Positions 20,705-31,059 of a DNA stretch of 64,000 bases are shown here, in pieces. The notes below the pieces were generated by a model. The model made no database searches and was not told the origin of the DNA. It worked only from the letters and a program-made list of their open reading frames with translations. This DNA comes from Polyangiales bacterium. Lineage in GTDB: Bacteria; Myxococcota_A; Polyangia; Polyangiales; JADJQN01. Positions within the stretch are counted from its first letter, which is position 1; each line of letters begins with the position of its first letter. The stretch is taken from positions 341,609 to 405,608 of the forward strand of contig CAXNJO010000005.1 of the NCBI GenBank assembly GCA_964202905.1, read 5' to 3'. The position numbers were made by a program, and so were the translations under genes.

Positions 20705-21361
20705 GTGCGTGCGCGTTCGCCTGCCCCGCTCCCGCCTCTCGTCGCCTTCGGCGCAGCCCTCGTCTCGCTCGGGGCCGCGGCGTGCGTCCCGCAGGGCGAT
20801 CCGGCGATCGGCCCCGGTCCCTTCACGGACGACTTCGAGCGCCGCGAGCTCGGCGAGCTCTGGCAAAACACCGGCGGCTCGTACGCGATCGAGGACGGCA
20901 AGCTCCACATCCGCGGCGCGCGCAACAAGCCGCTCTGGCTGCGGCGCGCGCTCCCGCGCGACGTGCGCGTCGAGGTCGACGTGCGCTCCGAGTCGGACGC
21001 GGGCGACATCAAGCTCGAGGTCTTCGGCGACGGCGAGTCGCGCGCGACGACGGACAGCTACACCGCGACCAGCTACGTCGTGATCTTCGGCGGCTGGAAC
21101 AACTCGACGAACCTCATCGCGCGCCTGGACGAGCACGCGCAGGACCGCGCCGTCGGGCCGCGCTGGCCCGTCGTCCGCGGGCGCACGTACCACCTCAAGG
21201 TCGAGCGGCGGGGCTCGGTGATCACGGCGTGGGCCGACGACCACCAGCTCGCGACCCTCGACGATTCGAACCCCCTCGCAGGGCGCGGACACGACCACTT
21301 CGCGTTCAACAACTGGGAGTCGGACCTCTGGTTCGACAACCTGCGGATCACCCCCCTCTGA
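20705..21361 (+). CDS. Putative lipoprotein with a beta-sandwich (lectin/DUF1080-like) domain
   Basis: AAAC lipobox-like site; FTDDFER and final FDNLRITPL typical of jelly-roll folds. Confidence 0.65.
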   Translation: MRARSPAPLPPLVAFGAALVSLGAAACVPQGDPAIGPGPFTDDFERRELGELWQNTGGSYAIEDGKLHIRGARNKPLWLRRALPRDVRVEVDVRSESDAGDIKLEVFGDGESRATTDSYTATSYVVIFGGWNNSTNLIARLDEHAQDRAVGPRWPVVRGRTYHLKVERRGSVITAWADDHQLATLDDSNPLAGRGHDHFAFNNWESDLWFDNLRITPL

Positions 21362-21375
21362 GAGGGTAACGCACC

Positions 21376-22491
21376 GTGGACGCCGTCGAGTTCGAGACCC
21401 TGCTCAATGACGTCGACACGAAGCTCGACCGCCTGAAGGTGCTCTACGAGCAGTGGTTCCAGGGGATGGAGCGGCTCGAGCCGACCATCGCGCGCAAGGA
21501 GCTCGAGCGCCGCGTCGCGCTCCTTCGCAAGGAGCAGCCGCGCAACACCGCGCTGCGCTTCCGCTTCCAGCAGTTCGTGATGCGCTACACGACGCTGCAG
21601 ACCTACTGGGGCCGCATCGCCCGGCAGATCGAGGAGGGCACGTACCGCCGCGATCTGCTGAAGGCGCGCAACGCGATGCTCGCCTCGCGCGGCAGCCGCA
21701 AGCGCACCACGGCCGAGCACGCGTTCGACATCGAGGTCGAGGTCGATGCGATCGAGGACGGGCTGGGTTTCGGCGCCGATCCGCTCACGAGCTCGACGAT
21801 CCCGAAAGCGCCGCTGGTGCCCGTCGAGGTCACGCTGCCGCCCGCGCAGCGCCCCGTGATGTCGCCCATCGCGCCGCCGCCCGCGACGCCGGTCGGCCCC
21901 CCCGCCGCGCCCCGGCTCGTCTCGCCCTTCGCGCGGTCGGCGACGCGCGCGCCCGGCGCGCCCACGCAGCTGCCACCGGCGCCGCCGCTCGCCGTGCCGG
22001 GGGTCCCCGCCGGGCTCATCCGCGCCGCGCGCGCGTGCCAGCCCGCGCAGGCGCTGCGCCGCCGCCGGCCCCGCGCAGCCCGCAGCCGCGCAGCCCGCAG
22101 CCGCGCGCGCGTGGTGGCGACCGTCTCGCGCCCGAGCACCGCGCCGCGGCACCGTGCGCGCACCGCAGGCCGACGCCGGCGCGACACCGCTTGCGCCGCC
22201 AGCGCGCACTCGCTGCGCCGCCGCCCGCTGCACCGCCCCGCTGCGCCGCCGCCCGCCCCCGCGGCCCCGCCGCGCGCCGAATCGCTGAACGACCAGGAGC
22301 TCCGCCGCGTCTACGACCGCTACGCCGAAGCGCGCCGCAAGAACAACGAGCCGAGCGTCTCCTTCGACGCCGTCGCGAAGAACCTCCGCGACGTCGCCCC
22401 GAAGATGCGAGAGAAGTACGGCAAACCCGTGGATTTCGAGGTCGTGCTGAAGGACGGCAAGGTCGGTCTCAAGCCGGTCCCGAAAGGTTGA
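21376..22491 (+). CDS. MXAN_5187 C-terminal-domain-type protein; middle Pro/Ala linker has compensating frameshifts (~22020-22230)
   Basis: N-terminal LKVLYEQWFQGMERLEP and C-terminal VDFEVVLKDGKVGLKP resemble this myxobacterial family (from memory). Confidence 0.65.
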   Translation: MDAVEFETLLNDVDTKLDRLKVLYEQWFQGMERLEPTIARKELERRVALLRKEQPRNTALRFRFQQFVMRYTTLQTYWGRIARQIEEGTYRRDLLKARNAMLASRGSRKRTTAEHAFDIEVEVDAIEDGLGFGADPLTSSTIPKAPLVPVEVTLPPAQRPVMSPIAPPPATPVGPPAAPRLVSPFARSATRAPGAPTQLPPAPPLAVPGVPAGLIRAARACQPAQALRRRRPRAARSRAARSRARVVATVSRPSTAPRHRARTAGRRRRDTACAASAHSLRRRPLHRPAAPPPAPAAPPRAESLNDQELRRVYDRYAEARRKNNEPSVSFDAVAKNLRDVAPKMREKYGKPVDFEVVLKDGKVGLKPVPKG

Positions 22492-22573
22492 GGGCGCGGG
22501 CGCGCCCGACGTTCGCGTCGCGTGCGGCGGCGACGTGCCCGCACCGGCATCGTCGGCTAGTCTCGCGGCGTTT

Positions 22574-22647
22574 TCCCGAGTCGTCTAAGGGCAGGACAGT
22601 GGCCTTTGAAGCCATGAATCGTGGTTCGAATCCACGCTCGGGAACCA
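22574..22647 (+). tRNA. tRNA-Gln (anticodon TTG)
   Basis: Acceptor stem TCCCGAG/CTCGGGA + A + CCA; anticodon arm GTGGC-CTTTGAA-GCCAT; T arm CGTGG-TTCGAAT-CCACG. Confidence 0.95.
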
Positions 22648-22974
22648 CGCGCGCAGCGGTCGGACGTCGCGCGACGACCAGCGAGCGCGACCGTCGTGTC
22701 GGCCGTCACGGGCACGCCAGGACGACGGCCGGGCTCATCGTTGCAGCCTGAGAAACCTCTCTGGTTCGCGTTTAACCGCGGGATTCGCGGCGCCGTGCAC
22801 CACACGCGGGGCAGCGTGTGGCGTCCGCTCGTTCCAACGTTGCGGCGCCGGAAACATGACGTTGTCGGCTCTACCGACGCGCGTCCGCTGCGTCCACGAT
22901 TGGCGCCACGCGGCGACGCGCAGGGCCCCGCGCCGCTGATTCGTCTCCCACCCCCGCCGCGCCCGAGGTCCCGC

Positions 22975-23661
22975 ATGCGTCTCCACTCCCGTCCTCGCCA
23001 CGTCGCCTCCGTCACGCTCGTCGTCGCCGCCCTCCTCGGCGCATGTGGCAGCGAGTCGACCGCTCCCGCCGCGTCCACCGGCCCCGCCACCGCGCCCACG
23101 CCGCCTGCACCCGCGGTACCGACGGCCGAAGCGCCCGCTGCCGCCGCCCCATCGGGCGTCGAGACGCTGCAGGCCGACCCCGCGGCGTCGTCGGTCGGGT
23201 TCACCGGCAGCAAGCTGACGGGCAGCCACGACGGCACGTTCACCCGCTTCACGGCGACGGTCGGGCTCGTCGGCGGCAAGGCCGAGGGCAGCTCCGTCTC
23301 CGTCGACATCGACATGGCGTCCCTCGCGATCGAGCCGGAGCGGCTGCGCGGGCACCTGCTGAGCCCCGACCTCTTCGACGCCGCGCAGTTCGCGCGCGCG
23401 ACCTTCGCCTCGAGCGCCATCGTCCCCGCGACGGCGCCCGGCGCGACGCACACGGTCACCGGCAACCTCACGCTCCACGGCGTGACCAAGTCCGTCGCCT
23501 TCCCCGCGACGATCCGCGTCGCCGACGACGCCGTCGAGGCCCGCGCGGAGTTCACGCTCAACCGCCGCGACTTCGGCATCATCTACCCCGGCATGCCCGA
23601 CGACCTCATCCGCGACGAGGTCCCGCTGCGCCTCCAGCTCCGCGCGCCGCGGAGCCGCTGA
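22975..23661 (+). CDS. YceI family lipoprotein
   Basis: LLGAC lipobox; SSVGFTG, HLLSPDLFD, VTGNLTLHGVTK, LNRRDFGI. Confidence 0.9.
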   Translation: MRLHSRPRHVASVTLVVAALLGACGSESTAPAASTGPATAPTPPAPAVPTAEAPAAAAPSGVETLQADPAASSVGFTGSKLTGSHDGTFTRFTATVGLVGGKAEGSSVSVDIDMASLAIEPERLRGHLLSPDLFDAAQFARATFASSAIVPATAPGATHTVTGNLTLHGVTKSVAFPATIRVADDAVEARAEFTLNRRDFGIIYPGMPDDLIRDEVPLRLQLRAPRSR

Positions 23662-23816
23662 ACGACCCCGCATCCGCGCGCCACGGATCGGCGCGCGGCG
23701 CCACCCGACAGCCGTGGGCGAGCGCGGGTTCGCCCGGCCCACGGCCGGGTGCTGGTACGACCGCGCGTGTTAGCGTCGCCCGCGATGCCACGCCCCCCCC
23801 GACACGCCGCGCCGCG

Positions 23817-24233
23817 ATGTTGACCGGTGCGCGACTGGCCGATGCGAGACTGGCCGATGCGCGACCGTCCCGCGCGCGACTGTCCCGAGCGCTTTGGCTC
23901 GGCGCGCTCCTCCTCGCTGGGTGCCCGGCCTCACGCGTGCGCACGCCCACCGACGCCGCGACCGCGGACGCGCGCATGCCCACGGATGGACGCGCCGACG
24001 GCCCGGTGACCGCACGCGACGCCGCGATCGATCCGTTTCTCGTCGGGCAGATCCCAACGAGTTGCGGCGCGCCCGATCAGGGGCTCGTGCCCATCGACTG
24101 CACGGCGCGCGGCGACGCGGACGCGTTCTGCGTGTTCGGCAATCACTGCGGATGCAGCGAGGGATTTCGCTGCGAGGTGCGCGGAGACTTCGAGCCCGAG
24201 TGCGATCCCGGCGTCGTGTGCGTGCCGCGCTGA
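23817..24233 (+). CDS. Small Cys-rich lipoprotein
   Basis: LLAGC lipobox and 8 C-terminal Cys; start uncertain; short 15-bp repeat (ARLAD x2) near the start. Confidence 0.55.
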   Translation: MLTGARLADARLADARPSRARLSRALWLGALLLAGCPASRVRTPTDAATADARMPTDGRADGPVTARDAAIDPFLVGQIPTSCGAPDQGLVPIDCTARGDADAFCVFGNHCGCSEGFRCEVRGDFEPECDPGVVCVPR

Positions 24234-24240
24234 GGCGCGC

Positions 24241-27200
24241 TCAGTGCGCCGCAGGCTCAGCGGGAGGCGCGGCGCGGCGGACGCCCGCGACGCGCGCGTA
24301 GACGGCCGGAAGCACGACGAGCGTGAGCAGCGTGGAGGTGACGAGGCCGCCGACGACCACGGTCGCGAGCGGCGCCTGCACCTCGGCGCCGACGCCGCGC
24401 GCGACCATCATCGGGACGAAGCCGAGCCCTGCGACGAGCGCGGTCATCAACACGGGGCGCAGGCGGCTCTGCGCGGCACGTACGGCGGCCTCCGCGGGCG
24501 TCGCGCCGGCCTCCTCCTCGGCGTGCACGCGCGAGACGAGCACGACGCCGTTCATCACGGCGATGCCCGAGAGCGCGATGAAGCCGATGGCCGCGGAGAT
24601 CGAGATCGGCAGGCCGCGCAGCCAGAGCAGCGCGACCCCGCCGAGCGCCGCGAAGGGCACGTTGGCGAACACGAGCAGCGCGCTGCGCCAGCGGCCGAGC
24701 GCGCGGTAGAGCAGCACGAGCACCGCGAAGAGCACGATGGGCACGACGAGCAGCAGCCGGAGCCGCGCCTGCTCGAGGTTCTCGTATTGTCCGCCCCAGC
24801 GCGGCAGATAACCCGGCGGCAGCTGGACCTCACGGTCGAAGCGCGACTGCGCCTCGGCGACGACGGAGCCGAGGTCGCGGCCGCGCACGTTGAACGCGAT
24901 CACGATGCGGCGCTCGCCCTGCGCGTGGTCGACGAGGGCCGGCGTTTGCACCGTCGTCACGTCGGCGACGCGCGAGAGCGGCACGACGCCGCCCGCCTCC
25001 GTCGGGACGGGCGCGCGCGCGAGGTCGAACGCGCTCGTCGTCCCCGAGAGCCGCACGCGCACGGGGACGCGGACGGGCCCGTCGCTCGTCACGCCGACGG
25101 TGATCCCGGTGCGCTGCGCGGCGACGACGTCGAGCACGTCGCGGTCGTCGAGCCCGACCTGCGCGGCGTCGAGCGCCCGCGGGACGACGTCGAGCACCGG
25201 CACCGACGGCGGCGAGGTGACGCGCACGTCGACCGCCCCCGGCACGCGACGCAGCAGCGCGGCGGAGGCCTCGCCGAGGCGCTGCAGCGTGTCGAGCTCG
25301 GGGCCCTGGATCGCGAGGCTCACGTCGCTCGTCGTGCCGCCGAGCAGCTCGTTGAAGCGCATCTGGATCGGGTGCGTGAAGCTGGTTTCGAGGCTCGGAT
25401 CGACGCCATGGATCGCGGCGTCGAGCTCCTCGATGAGCGCGTCGTGCGTGAGCCCGGCGCGCCACGCGCCGCGCGGGCGCATCGAGAGGAAGAGGTCCGA
25501 CTGCTCGATGCCCATGATGTCGGTCGCGACGGTCGGGCTGCCGATGCGGTGGCTCGCGCGGATGACCTCCGGCACGCCGAGCAGCGCGCGCTCGATGCCC
25601 GCGGCGCGCGCGACCTGCGCCTCGAGCGAGACGTCCGCGTGGCTGGTCGTCTGCACGACGAGGTCGCCCTCGTCGAGCGTCGGGATGAACTCCGTGCCCG
25701 ACCGCGCGAAGAGCAGCGCGCCGCCCACCATGCCCGCGACCACGAGCGCGAGGAGCAGACGCGGGCGCGGCTGCGTGCGCGGCAGGACGCGGCGGTAGAG
25801 CGCGTCGGCCGCGCGCACGAGGATCGGGTCGCGGACGGGGACGTCCTCGAAGCGCACGAAGGTCGCGAGCGCCGCCGGCACGAAGGTCAGGCTGAGCAGC
25901 AGCGCGGTCGAGAGCGCGAAGAGCACGGTGAGCGCCATCGGGCGGAACATCACGCCCTCGACGCCGCCGAGCGTGACGACCGGCACGTAGACGAGCCCGA
26001 TGATCGCGACCGCGTAAAACACGGGGCGCGCGACCTGCGCGGTGGTCTGCGCGATCGTCTCGCGCACCTCGGCGGGGCCGGGCTGGTCCCCGTGCGCGCG
26101 GCGGTGCGCGAGCGCGTGGAAGGTCGTCTCGACGACCACGACCGCGCCGTCGACGAGCAGCCCGAAGTCGAGCGCGCCGAGGCTCATGAGGTTGCCGGGC
26201 ACGCCGAGCGCGACCATCCACACGACGGCGCCGAGCATCGAGAGCGGGATCACGCTCGCGACGAGGCTGCCCGCGCGGACACTCCCGAGCATCGCGAAGA
26301 GCACGAGCGCGACGAGCACGCCGCCTTCGATCAGGCTGCGTCCGACGGTGCGCAGCGTGGCGTGGACGAGGTCGCTGCGGTCGTAGGTGACGTCGAGCGT
26401 GACGTCCGCGGGCAGGCTGCGCCGCACCGAAGGCAGCGCCGCGTGGATGCGCGCCATCACCTCGAGCGCGTTCGCGCCCGTGAGCATCTGGCACATCACG
26501 TAGACGACCTCGCCGCGTGCGTTGGACGTGCCCGCGCCGATGCGCGGGGCGGCGCCCTCCTCGACGCGCGCGACGTCCGAGAGCCGCGCCCACACGCCGT
26601 CGCGCCCCCGCAGGAGCGCGGCGCCGAGCTCCGCCGGTCGCACGGGCTGCGCGCGGCCGCGGAGCAGCACGTGGCTCGGTCCCGCCGGGAGGCTCGCGCC
26701 CGGCGCCGAGCCCACCGCGCGCTCCGTCGCCTCCGCGAGCGCGCGGAGCGTGACCCCACGACGCGCCATCGCGTGCGGGTCGCCGACGACGTCGAGCGTG
26801 CGCCGCGCGCCGCCCCACGGGTTGACCTCGACGACGCCGCCGACCGAGCGCAGCAGCGGCGCGAGGCGCTGCTCGACCAGCTCGAGCAGCTCGGTGGGCG
26901 GGCGCGTGCGCGAGCCGATCACGAACTGGAAGATCTCGCCGAGGCCGCCGCTCATCGGGCCGAGCTCCGGCGGATCGACGCCCGGCGGGAGCACGCCGCC
27001 GACCGACGCGAGGCGCTCGCCGACGAGCTGGCGCGCGCGCACGAGGTCGTAGTCGCGCTCGAAGACGACCGTGACGGCGGAGATGCCGTAGCGCGAGAGG
27101 CTGCGCTGGGCGGTCGCGCCGGGCAGGCCGCCGAGGCTCACCTCCACGGGGCGCGTGACGAGACGCTCGACCTCCTCGGGGGTGAGGCCGGGCGCGCGCG

Positions 27201-27351
27201 TGAGCACCACGACCTGCGCACCGGTGACGTCGGGCAGCGCGTCGAAGCGCAGCTCGCGGCCGACGATCGCCGCCGCGACCGCGAGGACGAGCACCGTCGC
27301 GAGCACGGCGACGCGATGCTCGACGGAGGCGCGCGCGAGGCGTTCGATCAC
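24241..27351 (-). CDS. czcA: CusA/CzcA heavy-metal RND efflux permease
   Basis: DALPDVT, SLSRYGIS, GNLMSLGALDFGLLVDGAVVVVE, RLRPVLMTALVA; 1036 aa from GTG 27351. Confidence 0.93.
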   Translation of the reverse strand: MIERLARASVEHRVAVLATVLVLAVAAAIVGRELRFDALPDVTGAQVVVLTRAPGLTPEEVERLVTRPVEVSLGGLPGATAQRSLSRYGISAVTVVFERDYDLVRARQLVGERLASVGGVLPPGVDPPELGPMSGGLGEIFQFVIGSRTRPPTELLELVEQRLAPLLRSVGGVVEVNPWGGARRTLDVVGDPHAMARRGVTLRALAEATERAVGSAPGASLPAGPSHVLLRGRAQPVRPAELGAALLRGRDGVWARLSDVARVEEGAAPRIGAGTSNARGEVVYVMCQMLTGANALEVMARIHAALPSVRRSLPADVTLDVTYDRSDLVHATLRTVGRSLIEGGVLVALVLFAMLGSVRAGSLVASVIPLSMLGAVVWMVALGVPGNLMSLGALDFGLLVDGAVVVVETTFHALAHRRAHGDQPGPAEVRETIAQTTAQVARPVFYAVAIIGLVYVPVVTLGGVEGVMFRPMALTVLFALSTALLLSLTFVPAALATFVRFEDVPVRDPILVRAADALYRRVLPRTQPRPRLLLALVVAGMVGGALLFARSGTEFIPTLDEGDLVVQTTSHADVSLEAQVARAAGIERALLGVPEVIRASHRIGSPTVATDIMGIEQSDLFLSMRPRGAWRAGLTHDALIEELDAAIHGVDPSLETSFTHPIQMRFNELLGGTTSDVSLAIQGPELDTLQRLGEASAALLRRVPGAVDVRVTSPPSVPVLDVVPRALDAAQVGLDDRDVLDVVAAQRTGITVGVTSDGPVRVPVRVRLSGTTSAFDLARAPVPTEAGGVVPLSRVADVTTVQTPALVDHAQGERRIVIAFNVRGRDLGSVVAEAQSRFDREVQLPPGYLPRWGGQYENLEQARLRLLLVVPIVLFAVLVLLYRALGRWRSALLVFANVPFAALGGVALLWLRGLPISISAAIGFIALSGIAVMNGVVLVSRVHAEEEAGATPAEAAVRAAQSRLRPVLMTALVAGLGFVPMMVARGVGAEVQAPLATVVVGGLVTSTLLTLVVLPAVYARVAGVRRAAPPAEPAAH

Positions 27352-28441
27352 TCCTCTTCCCCCATCACGCGCTGCGGATCGAGCGACACGCGCTCGCCGG
27401 GCGCGAGCGGCCCGCGCACGATCGCGCGCGTGGCGGAGGCCGTGAGCACCACGACCTCGATGCGCGCGGGTGCGCCCTCGCGCCCACGACGTTCGACGTA
27501 GACGCGCCCCCCCTCGAGCGCGAGCGCCTGCGCGTCGACCTCGACGACGCCCGCCCCCGCGAGCGACGCGCGCACGCTGCCGTGCAGCCCGCCGACCAGC
27601 GGCGCGGCCCCCGCGACGGGCTCGAGCCACACGACACGCATCCCGTCGCGCGGGTCGATCGTCTCGGCGAGCGTCTGCGCGTCGAGGGCGGTGCGCGACC
27701 CATCGAGCCCCACGAACGCGAGCGTCTGCGCCCACGGGCAGCGGCTGCGCGAGCCGCGCCTCGACGCGCGCGGGCGCGAGCGCGACGAGCGACGCGAGCG
27801 GCGCGCCCTGCGGCTCACGGACCTCGCCGATCGACGCGGACACGTCGCGCACCGTGCCGGCGATGGGCGCCGTCAGCGTCACGAAGCCCTGCCGCAGCAC
27901 GCGCGCGCCATCGGACGGCGAGAGTGAGGCCGCGCGCAGCGTCGCGAGCGCCTGCGCCTGCTCCGCGTCGAGCGTCGCGAGCTCCGTGTCCTGCTCGAAG
28001 ACGCGCGCCCGATCGACGAGCCCCTCCTGCTGCAGGGACTCGAGCTCGGTGCGCCGCTGCGCGCGCAACGTGCGGCGCGGGGCCACCGACGCCCAGCGCG
28101 CGGCGGCCTCGAGCACCGCGGGCATGACGACGTCGACGATGGGCGCGCCCACCTCGACGTGATCGCCCGCGCGCACGTGCACGCGCAGCACGCGCGCCGG
28201 GTGCGAAGGCGCGACGTGCGCCTCGGAGCCCGGCGCGGGCACGACGTGCGCCGGCGCCTCGAGCAGCGCGAGATCCGAGGGCGCGACGACGTCCGTCCAG
28301 CGCGGCTCGCGCGTCGCAGGCGCCTCGGCCTCGTCGGCCCGCCGACTCCGCGGGCGCGCCGCCGCTGCAGCCGCCGAGCGCGAGCGCCACGGCGAGCGCG
28401 CAGGCCGCGCGCCCCGATGTCCAGCGACGCTCACTCCGCAT
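27348..28441 (-). CDS. czcB: RND membrane fusion protein (CzcB-like); two frameshifts (~28330, ~27735)
   Basis: Lipobox LGGC; VHVRAGDHVEVGAP and LTAPIAGTV barrel-sandwich motifs; C-terminal GPLAPGERV; lies between the TolC and RND genes. Confidence 0.8.
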
Positions 28442-29771
28442 GGGTCCCCCTCACCGCGAGCAGCAGCCACGCACGCACCGCAGCCCAGGCGTGCTCGGTG
28501 TCGGCCCGCGTGAGCGCGGCGCGCGCCTCGACCACGCGCTGCGTCGTGTCGAGCAGCACGAGCACCGTCGTCTCTCCCGCCGCGAGCTGTCGCTCCCGCG
28601 CCGCGAGCAGCGCCTCGAGCGAGGGCACGCGCTCGCGACGGAAGCTTTCGGCGACGGCCGCCGTGTGCTCGACCTCGTGCGCGACGCGGTGCGCCTCGCG
28701 CTGCCAGGCGAGCGCCGCCTCCTCCGCGTGTCCCGCGCGCAGCTCCGTCTCCTCCCGCACGAGCGCGCGCTCGCGCGCCGCGAGATCGGCGAGCGGCACG
28801 CTCACGCCGAGCTGCCCGAAGAGCAGCAGCCCCGCGGGCGACTCGCGGTACGCGATGACGTCCGCATCGAAGCGCGCGCCGCGGGCCGCGGCGACCTCGA
28901 CCTCGCGCGCACGGCTCGCGAGCACGCGCAGGCGCGCGGCGACGACCTCCGGCGTGCCGGAGACGTCGCGCAGCACGCGCTCGATCTCCTCCGGCGCAGG
29001 CAGCGGCGGCACCGGCAGCGCCCCCTCCGTCGCGAGGCGCTCGACGTCGGCGCTCCCGAGCGCGGCGCCGAGATCCACCTGCGCGTCGACCAGCTCGCCC
29101 TGCACGCCGAGCACGTCCGCGCGCGCCTCGGAGACGTAGGCGCGCGCCTCGGCGACGTCCGCGCGGGTCGCGAGCCCCACCGACGCCGCGCGCTCCGTTC
29201 GCTCGAGGGAGCGCTCCGCGAGACCGAGCGCCTCGCGCGCCGTGCCGAGGTGCGCCTCCGCTTCGCGCAGCGACATCCACGCGCGCGCCGCGAGCAGGCG
29301 ATGCGAGAGCGCCGCCGCGCGCCCCTCCGCCGCCCGCGCCCGCCGCTCCTCGACCGCCGTGCGGCGCTGCGAGCCGGCCAGCCCCGCGAGGTTCCAGCTG
29401 TGCCCCAGCTGCACCTGCCCCTCGAAGCCGCGATCCTCGGCGGTGAACGCCCGCACGCCGGGCATCGCGTAGAAGCGGCTCGCCTCCGTGGTGCCTGAGA
29501 TCCGCGCGTCCCCGCTCGTCCGCGCGGCGAGCGCACGCTCCGAAGCGCGGACCGCAGGCGTGCGCGCGGCGAGACCGATCGCCGCATCGAAGCTCACCGC
29601 CTGCGCCGCCGCGGCCGTGGGCGCGAGCAGGCCGAGCGCGAGGCCGAGCACGAGGACGAAGCCGCGCGCGCGGAGTGCGTCACGCGCGCGGACGCAGTGG
29701 GCCAGGCCGAGGCTGCGCCCCAGACCCGCCACGCCTGGAGCCCCGACGCCGCTCGGCGATTCGCGGATCAC
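28431..29771 (-). CDS. czcC: TolC/CzcC outer-membrane efflux protein
   Basis: Helical OEP repeats; GETTVLVLLD motif; position in the operon. Confidence 0.82.
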   Translation of the reverse strand: MIRESPSGVGAPGVAGLGRSLGLAHCVRARDALRARGFVLVLGLALGLLAPTAAAAQAVSFDAAIGLAARTPAVRASERALAARTSGDARISGTTEASRFYAMPGVRAFTAEDRGFEGQVQLGHSWNLAGLAGSQRRTAVEERRARAAEGRAAALSHRLLAARAWMSLREAEAHLGTAREALGLAERSLERTERAASVGLATRADVAEARAYVSEARADVLGVQGELVDAQVDLGAALGSADVERLATEGALPVPPLPAPEEIERVLRDVSGTPEVVAARLRVLASRAREVEVAAARGARFDADVIAYRESPAGLLLFGQLGVSVPLADLAARERALVREETELRAGHAEEAALAWQREAHRVAHEVEHTAAVAESFRRERVPSLEALLAARERQLAAGETTVLVLLDTTQRVVEARAALTRADTEHAWAAVRAWLLLAVRGTHAE

Positions 29772-30157
29772 GGCCGCTCTATACCCGAACGCCGCGGCGG
29801 CCGCAGGGCGATCGCGCCGCGGATCATGACCGAATCTGGAAAACATGGAACGCTGCGTGATCCCTCGATGTATGCGCCGCGGACCGGCGCGCCAGCCCGG
29901 GCGGGGCCCGACAACGGCAAGGTCGCTGGAGCGCGCGACGCGAGCGGCTGCCAAGGACCTGAAACGTGGCCCGCTGCACGATGGCGCGCAGCGACCCGAC
30001 CGAGCGCAGCATCGTGCGCGTCGCGCCCCGACGGGCGCCGCCGCACGTCGTGGCGCACGCCGACCACGACCCACCACGCATGTCGGGACGCGGTTTAAGA
30101 AAGCGTAAGGAGCGGGCGGCGATGCCCGCCGACAGGATGGCGCTCGGAGGTCATCTC

Positions 30158-30977
30158 ATGTCCCGTTTCATCTCGTCCCCCATCGCGGTCTCCCTGTTGA
30201 CGGTCGTGCTCGGCGCCTGCGCCGGCGACCCGCTCGTGCCCGGCGCAGCCAGCGACGCGCTCCTCGCCAACGTGGGGCGGCCGTGGCTCACCGCGCCCGT
30301 CCAGGTCGGTACCACGCGGCTCGATCTCGCCGCCGAACCGCGCACGGTCGTCCTCCAGGCGGCCGAAACCTACGCCCGCGCGCGCGGCCTCTCGGTGATC
30401 GACTACCGCACGCGGGTTGCGACCTCTTTGTCGGGTCCCCGCCCCGCCGCGCCGCCCCCGGGCGCCTCGATCGCCGGGCTGCTCGGCCTCTCCCAATTCG
30501 GCGGCATCGCGTGCCTGTGGAACCTGCACCGATGTCTGTCGGCGACCCAGAACCAGCTCGACGCCTGCCTCGACCAGGAGTGTCCTGGCGCCTCGCACGT
30601 CGACGTCGAGGACTGCACGGACATCGGCTTGCAGGACTTCAAGGACTGCGAGTTCTCGTGCGGCGCGGACATGCCCGACGGCGACGAGGAAGACGCGTGC
30701 GTGCGCGCGTTCAAGCCGGGCCCGCTGCCCGCGCCCGGACCCGGCGGCTTCACCCCGCCCGAGGGCCCGGACGGCGGCCTGTTCGGGGAGTGCAATGGTG
30801 CGAACGCGGACGCCTGCGACGCGGGGGACACGGTCTACACCGACTCGAACGGCGACATCGTGGACGTGGACTGCACGTTCTACACGCTCGACGACCCGAC
30901 GCGGTCGGACGACTGCTACTGCCAGTGCAGCGAGATCCGCGCCGCGAGTTCCGAGGTCGAGTTCCTGCTCGGAGTGA
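30158..30977 (+). CDS. Acidic Cys-rich lipoprotein of unknown function (3' end uncertain; probable frameshift)
   Basis: GGAGG RBS, VLGAC lipobox and 14 further Cys; nearest plausible stop (TGA 30975-30977) is in another frame. Confidence 0.6.
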
Positions 30978-31059
30978 GCGCGCGCCCCGCCCGGGCGCTT
31001 CCGGACACGTCTCGCCCGCCCCTGCTTGCCCGGCAGGAGGCGGGCGCTAGCGTCGCGGC

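Noticed and set aside
24241..29280. 1679-aa MFP-RND fusion ORF in the track
   Set aside because: Produced by frameshifts in czcB; czcA has its own GTG at 27351 with a GAGGA RBS, overlapping the czcB stop.
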